Below are positions 7,097 through 13,568 of a DNA stretch of 32,789 bases, piece by piece; positions within the stretch are counted from its first letter, which is position 1; the number at the start of each line of letters is the position of its first letter. The notes under the pieces were generated by a model. It was not told the origin of the DNA and did no database searches. It saw only the letters and a program-made list of their open reading frames with translations. The translations under genes and the position numbers were made by a program. The stretch lies in IMG/VR virus record IMGVR_UViG_3300011334_000360, positions 1 through 32,789 of that record; one strand, given 5' to 3'. The stretch is from a virus (lineage: Duplodnaviria > Caudoviricetes).

Positions 7097-7102
7097 GAGA
7101 GA

Positions 7103-7130
7103 ATAATAGAACAAGATTGGGAAAACGCAA
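7103..7130 (-). promoter_or_regulatory. promoter for leader A and the leftward operon
   Basis: - strand TTGCGT, 16 nt, TATTAT. Confidence 0.65.
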
Positions 7131-7150
7131 GAAATAATTTTCAAGCGGTG

Positions 7151-7307
7151 AAAAAATATCTCCCAAAGTGTGCATCGTTGAGAGGCATGGGAGATCTGCT
7201 GTGATTGGAGACCCGCACCCGATCTAGCTTTCGCGATGACATGGAGTCAACTTTCAATCGGGGCAGGAATCCCACCTACTACGCGCAATGCTGCGTTTCG
7301 CAAGTTC
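7151..7307 (-). ncRNA. putative structured small RNA (sRNA-2), second copy of the three-way-junction motif
   Basis: core CCCGAU-UGAAAGU-UGAC(UCCAU)GUCA-UC-GC(GAAA)GC-UAG-AUCGGG; extended CCUGC/GCGGG stem; ends in AUCUCCCA/UGGGAGAU hairpin plus AUUUUUU. Confidence 0.75.
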
Positions 7308-7313
7308 GCGAGA

Positions 7314-7341
7314 ATAATACCAGAGAATCTGGCGAATTCAA
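7314..7341 (-). promoter_or_regulatory. promoter for sRNA-2
   Basis: - strand TTGAAT, 16 nt, TATTAT; TATTATTCTC shared with the 7103 promoter. Confidence 0.65.
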
Positions 7342-7368
7342 GATCAAATATCGCGCATGATCGGTATC

Positions 7369-7403
7369 ATCGGACGTAAATCGGACGTATGGTAGACGTA
7401 AAT
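7369..7403. repeat. three GACGTA repeats with 11-bp period
   Basis: GACGTA at 7373, 7384 and 7395; ATCGGACGTA x2. Confidence 0.8.
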
Positions 7404-7480
7404 TCTCTAACAAAATACACGCTGGAGGCATTGATTTTGCAAGGAAAGTGAAAAAGATTGAAAATAAATGAGAAAAAGTA

Positions 7481-7510
7481 TTGACCTAGGTCATGAGCCG
7501 ATGTAGAAAT
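7481..7510 (+). promoter_or_regulatory. rightward promoter of the middle-gene operon
   Basis: TTGACC, 17 nt, TAGAAA(T); long A-rich upstream tract. Confidence 0.6.
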
Positions 7511-7518
7511 CCCCCGCT

Positions 7519-7698
7519 ATGAACGAACACATCGCCAACCTCACCGAAGCCGAAGCCAAGATGCTGCTGCAATTCGCAATGCAGGATCTACGCTCCGCTA
7601 TTTATGACCCGCAAGCAAGCTATGATGCCGCACAGCTCGGTTGGCTGTCTGGCAAGATCGAATCACTCTCCAAAGAAAATACAACCAAACAACCATGA
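7519..7698 (+). CDS. hypothetical protein (not in ORF track), near-leaderless
   Basis: MNEHIANLTEAEAKMLLQFAMQDLRSAIYDPQASYDAAQLGWLSGKIESLSKENTTKQP, 59 aa; ATGA overlap with the next gene. Confidence 0.7.
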   Translation: MNEHIANLTEAEAKMLLQFAMQDLRSAIYDPQASYDAAQLGWLSGKIESLSKENTTKQP

Positions 7699-7895
7699 GC
7701 AACACTAAACAAAACCGAGCGCAGAAACGCGCCATTATCGCCGCCTCAATCCAAGAGCGCACACACCGAGCCATCAGCGTTAAAATGCCGATTGCGCTTG
7801 CTGATCGCTTAAAACTAGAGGCAAAGGAAGACAACAAGATTTTTACTGGCTACGTGCTGGAGAAGATCGAACGGGGAATGGAGGTGTCGAAGTGA
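7695..7895 (+). CDS. ribbon-helix-helix-like DNA-binding protein
   Basis: RAISVKMPIALADRLKLEAKEDNKIFTGYVLEKIE fits the RHH pattern. Confidence 0.6.
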   Translation: MSNTKQNRAQKRAIIAASIQERTHRAISVKMPIALADRLKLEAKEDNKIFTGYVLEKIERGMEVSK

Positions 7896-8194
7896 GCATG
7901 TCACACGACGAAATGATTGCGGTGATTCAGGCGGCAAAAGAAGGGAAGGTGATTGAAAGCGCGCTTAATAACGGCTTTGGAATGAATTGGAGTGAAGACT
8001 CCGAACATCAAAAAGATGGCTTTGATTTCCAGACTTACATTTACCGCATCAAGCCAGAGCCTCGCAGCCTGTGGGTGGTGCGAAATCAAAGTGGAAATTT
8101 GATAATTTCGCACGAAACAAAAGACGCCGCGCTATTTGCTTCCGCATCAATTAGTAAAGCAACAATCCACCAATACAAGGAGGTGCTGCCATGA
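7892..8194 (+). CDS. hypothetical phage protein
   Basis: MIAVIQAAKEGKVIE...FDFQTYIYRIKPEPR; GGAGG SD; GTGA overlap. Confidence 0.8.
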   Translation: MSMSHDEMIAVIQAAKEGKVIESALNNGFGMNWSEDSEHQKDGFDFQTYIYRIKPEPRSLWVVRNQSGNLIISHETKDAALFASASISKATIHQYKEVLP

Positions 8195-8310
8195 TTGACT
8201 TCATAAAAGCGCATCCCGTTTTTGTGGTGTTTTGCCTCATCGTGGGGTTTTACATCGTAGCATTCGCACTAAGCCTTATTGACCCAATTAAAGATGACTA
8301 TGAAGACTAA
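8191..8310 (+). CDS. small membrane protein (not in ORF track)
   Basis: MIDFIKAHPVFVVFCLIVGFYIVAFALSLIDPIKDDYED; AAGGAGG SD; ATGA overlap. Confidence 0.7.
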   Translation: MIDFIKAHPVFVVFCLIVGFYIVAFALSLIDPIKDDYED

Positions 8311-8419
8311 AATCCTAGAAGTATTACACACGTTCGCCATCACATTTTTGGCTGGACTATTTTACACCCTATTAACAGCATTCGCGGCTGGGCTAGTCGC
8401 CTGGATAATTCTACCATAA
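8300..8419 (+). CDS. small membrane protein (not in ORF track)
   Basis: MKTKILEVLHTFAITFLAGLFYTLLTAFAAGLVAWIILP; fills the gap up to 8425. Confidence 0.65.
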   Translation: MKTKILEVLHTFAITFLAGLFYTLLTAFAAGLVAWIILP

Positions 8420-8424
8420 CAAAC

Positions 8425-8676
8425 ATGAACACACAGAACACACCATCACACGCATACAGAATGCAAGAAGTTATTGACATCGGTTTCAACGCTGAAAATA
8501 CACTGGATGAAAATGACACCGTGTCACTAAAGGTTGGACAGCTTGCTGATTTTGTCAGACACTACTGCGAGTTGTGCCAAGCACTAGTCGACCATGAGAT
8601 TGAGGCGTTATCTCACGCTGAGATATTGCGCCAACAAAGCAAGAAGATTGCAAGAATACTGAAAGGAGAGTCATGA
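8425..8676 (+). CDS. hypothetical protein, paralog of 8673-8939
   Basis: shares RMQ...TVxxKVGxxxxFxRHYCE...LKGE with the next gene. Confidence 0.8.
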   Translation: MNTQNTPSHAYRMQEVIDIGFNAENTLDENDTVSLKVGQLADFVRHYCELCQALVDHEIEALSHAEILRQQSKKIARILKGES

Positions 8677-8939
8677 ACAAAGATGCACACGAACGCAGGA
8701 TGCAAGCCATGTTGAACATTGCTTGGGAAGTTGAGAACCTCATGGACGTTGAGAACCGACTAAAGGATAACGAAACCGTGCAGATCAAAGTCGGCGAGTT
8801 TGTCGAGTTTGCGCGGCATTATTGCGAAATGCAACAAGAGCTAGCCGAATGCGTCAACTACTATAAATCAAACGCGAAATCCTCGCTTTATGTCGCAGAA
8901 TCAATCGAAAAACTACTGAAAGGAGAAACAACGAAATGA
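8673..8939 (+). CDS. hypothetical protein, paralog of 8425-8676
   Basis: same motif as 8425-8676; AAGGAG SD; ATGA overlaps. Confidence 0.8.
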   Translation: MNKDAHERRMQAMLNIAWEVENLMDVENRLKDNETVQIKVGEFVEFARHYCEMQQELAECVNYYKSNAKSSLYVAESIEKLLKGETTK

Positions 8940-9223
8940 GCCCACAACTAAAAGAATTTATCACTGTAGTTCTGCTAGATTTAGCGGAGAATTGCGACTG
9001 GACAATCTCGCCAACTGGACAAATTGAGCATAGTCCGTTTTTCGAGTATGCTGAAAAACATGCGCACATCATCGAAACCGAGCTTGCCGACATGCGGGAG
9101 ATGCTTCGCGAGTATGTTGAAGCTCAGGAATTAAGAGACGTGACTAGCGGAAAATCGCATGTAATGGCTGTCGTTAGATCTGTGCAGATCCATGAAAAAG
9201 CAAAGGAGGTGCTAGGGTTATGA
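8936..9223 (+). CDS. hypothetical protein
   Basis: 95 aa, coupled by ATGA overlaps on both sides. Confidence 0.75.
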   Translation: MSPQLKEFITVVLLDLAENCDWTISPTGQIEHSPFFEYAEKHAHIIETELADMREMLREYVEAQELRDVTSGKSHVMAVVRSVQIHEKAKEVLGL

Positions 9224-9606
9224 TAATCACACTCCCAATCCCCGACCGTGAAGTATCGCCTAACGCTAGCCGAGGGCAATCGCGCTGGGCGGCGATGAAA
9301 AAGGGCAAAGCAGTAAAGGCTCATCGCGAACGTGCAAAACTGGCAACGCTAGATCAAATCTATTTGCACGAAAACACTGCCTTGCGTTCATCGTTGCCCG
9401 TAGGCTACTCCCTAGCGCACTTCTTCCCAACTATGGCGTTTAGAGACGAAGACAACGCAGACGGGGCTTGTAAGGCTTACAGGGACGGAATCTGCGATGC
9501 GTTCGGAATGAGCGATAAGAACTTTTGCAAACTTGCGCTTTCAACCCGCGCAAAGGATGCATCGAATCCAAGGGTTGAGATTACCATTTATTTTGAGAAG
9601 CCATGA
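9220..9606 (+). CDS. RusA-like Holliday junction resolvase
   Basis: ITLPIP...SPN, RDEDNADGACKAYRDGICDAFGMSD, NPRVEITI follow the RusA D-x-D-N...K...D pattern. Confidence 0.75.
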   Translation: MIITLPIPDREVSPNASRGQSRWAAMKKGKAVKAHRERAKLATLDQIYLHENTALRSSLPVGYSLAHFFPTMAFRDEDNADGACKAYRDGICDAFGMSDKNFCKLALSTRAKDASNPRVEITIYFEKP

Positions 9607-9821
9607 TCCACTACAAAGACAAAACCTTTTGCCCGTTTTACGAAACGTGCGACAAGCAAAACGATTGCAATCGACCGCTAACGCCGCAGGTGAAAGCTGA
9701 CGCTGTTAAGTGGTGGGGAATCGATGCTGCGCCTGTTGCAGTGTTTGTAGAAAAACCCGAATGTCATTCAGATAACACGAACAGCAACAGCGCAGACACC
9801 GCCGAACTCCAGCACAAATAA
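9603..9821 (+). CDS. Cys-rich hypothetical protein
   Basis: YKDKTFC....C.....C.R motif; coupled start. Confidence 0.75.
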   Translation: MIHYKDKTFCPFYETCDKQNDCNRPLTPQVKADAVKWWGIDAAPVAVFVEKPECHSDNTNSNSADTAELQHK

Positions 9822-9835
9822 CAATTACCAAAACA

Positions 9836-10198
9836 ATGAACACAGAAACATATTCATGCCCCCATTGCGGGTATACAGAGACACACCAACCGTACGCTGC
9901 AAGCCCCCAAACAAGGGAGTGTAATAAGTGCGCAGGAACGTGGGAGGTAAAATTCAAATCTGATAGGGCAGAAGGGCGTAGAGTGCCCGCAAATTCAGTC
10001 CATCTGAAAACGCTCTGCACGGGATGCAAGAAGCCGATGGACTGCTACTGGCCCCCAACAACAACATGGGGCGGAGAGCCATGCACTGCTGCTGAATACA
10101 TGGCGAAGGCGTTGCAATCGGAAAATCATGGTATCTATTGCGATGACTGCCTAGAGAAGATGTCAGACGTAAAACTTGAAGACCTTTGCTATGAATAA
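9836..10198 (+). CDS. putative zinc-binding protein
   Basis: four CxxC pairs (CPHC, CNKC, CTGC, CDDC). Confidence 0.7.
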   Translation: MNTETYSCPHCGYTETHQPYAASPQTRECNKCAGTWEVKFKSDRAEGRRVPANSVHLKTLCTGCKKPMDCYWPPTTTWGGEPCTAAEYMAKALQSENHGIYCDDCLEKMSDVKLEDLCYE

Positions 10199-10388
10199 GA
10201 CAATACTACTCTTAAGTCTCCTAACAATGATCTCCTGCGAAAAACCACCCGTTTGCACGACTGGAAAAGATCACGAATACGACAAATGGAAACCAGATGG
10301 TCGCACGTCATTAGGCGGACAGCCAAACATGATACGCAATTGCAAAAAGTGCGGTTGGCAACAACAAAAACTTACTGAAATGCCATGA
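10191..10388 (+). CDS. small lipoprotein-like protein in a repeat-flanked cassette
   Basis: MNKTILLLSLLTMISC: basic N-terminus, hydrophobic core and Cys (lipobox-like); C-terminal RNCKKCG. Confidence 0.65.
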   Translation: MNKTILLLSLLTMISCEKPPVCTTGKDHEYDKWKPDGRTSLGGQPNMIRNCKKCGWQQQKLTEMP

Positions 10389-10424
10389 AATGCCCGACAT
10401 AAAACTTGAAGACCTACAATACAA

Positions 10425-10805
10425 ATGAAAACGCACAAATGCTACATGGCGAGTATCCCCCACATTTGGGATGAACCAACCGACCATATCGTTGACGCCA
10501 ACAAAAAGGTTTCTGAGCCGAACGCCGATGTGGAGGCATCCCCACCACTAACCACCCCAAAAATCATGAACACACAAGAAGAACAACTTACGCAATACCG
10601 ACGACTAGAAATGGGCGAAATCGTCTTAGCAACGGATGAAATCTACGATGACATCACGCGGGAATGGGTGGAGCCAGAATGGAGCGTTGGAAAGCCTGCG
10701 CCAGACCCCGACTACACGTCTCACCGCCAATTCCGCCGCAAGATCAATTCTTTGCCGAACGCCGATGTGGACGCATCCCCAACACTAACCACCCCAAAAT
10801 CATGA
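10425..10805 (+). CDS. hypothetical protein; internal ATG 10566 (MNTQEEQ) marks a cassette gene fused in frame
   Basis: PNADVxASPxLTTPK occurs twice because of the DNA repeat. Confidence 0.65.
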   Translation: MKTHKCYMASIPHIWDEPTDHIVDANKKVSEPNADVEASPPLTTPKIMNTQEEQLTQYRRLEMGEIVLATDEIYDDITREWVEPEWSVGKPAPDPDYTSHRQFRRKINSLPNADVDASPTLTTPKS

Positions 10806-11257
10806 ACACACCAGAACAACTATCGGACTCCCTGCTTGCAGCCTGTAAAGCAGCGGGGATTGAGGAGCCAAAATACATCGCTCAAGATAAGGATGAACCG
10901 TATGTTTGGCACTATGACTTAAAACCAGACACAAAGGAATCAGGCATATGGGCTGTTGACAACGGGGACGCAACGAAAATTCGCCACCCACGCTACGCTA
11001 CCGACTGGAAAGAAAGCTTGCTTGAGTGGGTTGATCATATTGCTGACACCAGCAAAAAGATACCAAGCGGCATCGAAGCCCTAGTTTGCGCCGACATCGC
11101 CAAACGGCAGCAAGTGGGCATTGCCAAGTATGGCACCACCGTAGCTGAAAACCCGCTTTCCCACATGCAATGGTTGCAACATGCCTACGAAGAATGCTTA
11201 GACATGGCTGTATATCTGAAACGAGCCATGGCGGAGAAAGGAGGCAGTGATGACTAA
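10802..11257 (+). CDS. two-part protein with C-terminal MazG-superfamily-like helical domain
   Basis: ATG 10802; RQQVGIAKYGTT...WLQHAYEECLDMAVYLKR is a common phage all-alpha NTP-pyrophosphatase-like motif. Confidence 0.7.
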   Translation: MNTPEQLSDSLLAACKAAGIEEPKYIAQDKDEPYVWHYDLKPDTKESGIWAVDNGDATKIRHPRYATDWKESLLEWVDHIADTSKKIPSGIEALVCADIAKRQQVGIAKYGTTVAENPLSHMQWLQHAYEECLDMAVYLKRAMAEKGGSDD

Positions 11258-11414
11258 CAAACAAAAGCAAGCGCGGATCTCACACCTTTTCCGCAAGCGC
11301 AAGAGCATTTGGTATGCGTTGCTGAAAAAGGACGAAGCAGCATGGGAGTTATATTACCAGCTCTCATGGGACGGAATGGCGAAACGGCACAAACAACAAA
11401 TCAACAATCAATAA
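11250..11414 (+). CDS. small basic protein (not in ORF track)
   Basis: MTNKQKQARISHLFRKRKSIWYALLKKDEAAWELYYQLSWDGMAKRHKQQINNQ; AAGGAGG SD. Confidence 0.6.
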   Translation: MTNKQKQARISHLFRKRKSIWYALLKKDEAAWELYYQLSWDGMAKRHKQQINNQ

Positions 11415-11419
11415 TAAAT

Positions 11420-11776
11420 ATGAACGAACTAATCGACAAAACAAGACAATGGTTTCACGACAAGGGGATCATCGCGAACAGCACACCGCTAAAACAATTA
11501 AACAAAAGCCAAGAAGAACTGACCGAGACGCGAGATGCTGTGGTCAAACTTGAGCATTTCAATTCAGAATTCTATGAATCTCTTGGAAAGATTGGCAATA
11601 TGCGTTACAATTTACACGAAGAAATCAAAGACGGCATAGGCGACACCGTTGTGACACTCATCGGGGTCTGCGAAATGTATGGATTTTCGCTGGAAGAATG
11701 TCTCCAGATGGCTTACGATACAATCAGCAAGCGCAACGGGACGATGATCGACGGCGTTTTCGTGAAATCAAAATAA
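11420..11776 (+). CDS. MazG-like nucleotide pyrophosphohydrolase
   Basis: QWFHDKGI...KQLNKSQEELTE...IKDGIGDTVVTL...LEECLQMAYDTISKRNGTMIDGVFVK. Confidence 0.88.
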   Translation: MNELIDKTRQWFHDKGIIANSTPLKQLNKSQEELTETRDAVVKLEHFNSEFYESLGKIGNMRYNLHEEIKDGIGDTVVTLIGVCEMYGFSLEECLQMAYDTISKRNGTMIDGVFVKSK

Positions 11777-11795
11777 TCTCCAACCAACAAACAAC

Positions 11796-12128
11796 ATGCA
11801 AATACTAAAAGCAAACATTGGACTACAGAAGATCGAAGGTGTGAAAGTTTTCGATACAAAAACAGGCGAGAAATTCGTCGCAATCCCAGTAAAAGCAGCG
11901 AACATCTTTGTCTCTGACAAGGGTGGGATCTACTTGAATGTGGATATTATCGAGGGTAAAAACGGCGAGGATCAATATGGGAACTCCCACATGATTACGC
12001 TCGACATCGGCAAGGATCGACGCGCTGGTGGCGAGAAGGGTCCTATCCTTGGAAACTGCAAAACGCTCACGTTTGGGCAATCTGCGAAGTCGTTGAAAGA
12101 TGACCAGGTAGATGACATTCCCTTTTAG
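11796..12128 (+). CDS. SSB-like protein
   Basis: beta-rich; DQYGNSHMI and PILGN motifs; acidic tail DDQVDDIPF typical of SSBs. Confidence 0.65.
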   Translation: MQILKANIGLQKIEGVKVFDTKTGEKFVAIPVKAANIFVSDKGGIYLNVDIIEGKNGEDQYGNSHMITLDIGKDRRAGGEKGPILGNCKTLTFGQSAKSLKDDQVDDIPF

Positions 12129-12140
12129 CCTTTACAAACT

Positions 12141-12230
12141 TTCCCCCGTCGAGTGACGATCGGGAATACCGCCCCGTCAAGGTGACATCGAACATATATT
12201 TGATGTATCAGGCAAACCACCTTGGCGGGG
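12141..12230 (+). ncRNA. structured intergenic element
   Basis: 13-bp stem 12172-12184/12218-12230 enclosing hairpin 12185-12206; upstream hairpin 12141-12166; G-U pairs favour the + strand. Confidence 0.5.
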
Positions 12231-12260
12231 ATAACTTTACAGAAATGAACACACTGCAAT

Positions 12261-12464
12261 ATGAATAAACAACCAAGCACAACGAAGAAGATAGAAGCAT
12301 GGCTTCTCAAAGGGCATAAGATCACGCCACTGCAAGCACTCCAGAAGTGGGGATGCATGAGACTGGCAGCGCGGATTGCGGAGCTCCGTAACAAGGGGAT
12401 TGCTATCAGCACCACTAAGGTCAAATCCAACGGTAAAACCTACGCACAATACAAGGCACTATGA
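12261..12464 (+). CDS. winged helix-turn-helix protein
   Basis: ITPLQAL..WGCMRLAARIAELRNKGIAIST...YAQY. Confidence 0.85.
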   Translation: MNKQPSTTKKIEAWLLKGHKITPLQALQKWGCMRLAARIAELRNKGIAISTTKVKSNGKTYAQYKAL

Positions 12465-12754
12465 AAAAAAGAGCCAAGAGAGCGAGCGATAAAGGCTTTA
12501 GCATGATTTGCGGCAGACCGAGATACAAGCCGTGGGAGCAGAAGGCTACGATTGTCTTGCGCTTGTCACAGGAGACGTATCAGCGTATCAGGCGGCTATC
12601 GTTGCACAGAAGATGCAGCGTAAGCCAAGCGGCAGAGTTACTCATGCGCACGGAGGAATCTGAGAAGATCGAGCCGACAATGCCGATTGACTACTCATTC
12701 CTAGAAAAGAAAGGCAACAGCTACACAGTATTAGACATTCTTAATTTACCATGA
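12461..12754 (+). CDS. putative RHH/CopG-like DNA-binding protein
   Basis: GRPRYKP...TIVLRLSQETYQRIRRLS....SVSQAAELL. Confidence 0.6.
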   Translation: MKKRAKRASDKGFSMICGRPRYKPWEQKATIVLRLSQETYQRIRRLSLHRRCSVSQAAELLMRTEESEKIEPTMPIDYSFLEKKGNSYTVLDILNLP

Positions 12755-13338
12755 ACACACTACGAGGATTTCCAAAACGCTACGAGGATGCCCCACCAGC
12801 AGGGGGGGATGAATGGTTGGCAAACTATGCCAAGTGCCTCTCTAAAACCGATTCTGGGGGCATTACGATCCTTTACGGGGGATATGGCACAGGCAAGACG
12901 CGCATGGCATGGGAGGCGGCTAGAGCGCATAAGTCGAAGAATCCAACAATGAGCAATGGTGGTATTGGGTGGACGATAAACACGAAGAAGCGTCCGATGC
13001 TTTACACTACGGCAATGAATCTGTTTACGTCGATCAAATCATGTTACTCACCTAATTCACAGAAGTCAGAAAAGGAAGTGATACAAGAGTATTGTGAAGC
13101 TGCCTTGCTGGTGATTGATGAAGTGCAGGTGCGAGCAGAGACGAAATTTGAGGATGACAAGCTAACCGCTATCATCGACGCACGATACGCTGCTGACATG
13201 CCGACCATCTTGATTTCCAATTACACATGGGAGAAGCTGGCATCCACGCTGTCACCTGCGGTGATTGATCGGATCGAGGAGAATGGGGCTAAACTACTAT
13301 TCAACTGGGAATCATTCAGGAGAAAGCAACAAGCCTAG
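12751..13338 (+). CDS. DnaC/IstB-like AAA+ ATPase (helicase-loader-like)
   Basis: Walker A GGYGTGKT, Walker B LLVIDE, IIDARY...PTILISN, DRI...FNWESFR. Confidence 0.9.
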   Translation: MNTLRGFPKRYEDAPPAGGDEWLANYAKCLSKTDSGGITILYGGYGTGKTRMAWEAARAHKSKNPTMSNGGIGWTINTKKRPMLYTTAMNLFTSIKSCYSPNSQKSEKEVIQEYCEAALLVIDEVQVRAETKFEDDKLTAIIDARYAADMPTILISNYTWEKLASTLSPAVIDRIEENGAKLLFNWESFRRKQQA

Positions 13339-13568
13339 CCGTCAACCTTCTTATAAACATTGACGTATCGACCTTTAATTAGGAGCTTTCGACATGTCAA
13401 ATCCCCCTTTTCGTGCATCCTTTTCATCCTGTTTCTTACGGAGTGATAAGGACTGCCTAGTTTTGCAACAACCATCTCGACTGTAAATTCATCTGGAGAC
13501 ATTTCTACTTGATTGAATTGTTCCAGAATCCAGTCCATGCCTGTTACTTTTGGGATGCTCTTTGCCAT
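13335..13568 (-). CDS. small wHTH-like protein
   Basis: start MAKSIPK at 13568, coupled to the upstream stop; DEFTVEMVVAKLGSPYHSVRNRMKRMHEKG. Confidence 0.65.
   Translation of the reverse strand: MAKSIPKVTGMDWILEQFNQVEMSPDEFTVEMVVAKLGSPYHSVRNRMKRMHEKGDLTCRKLLIKGRYVNVYKKVDG

Noticed and set aside
12205-12222. GGCAAACC resembling a c-di-GMP-I riboswitch
   Set aside because: The rest of the motif (GNRA-capped P2, GCAAAG junction, P3 receptor) is absent
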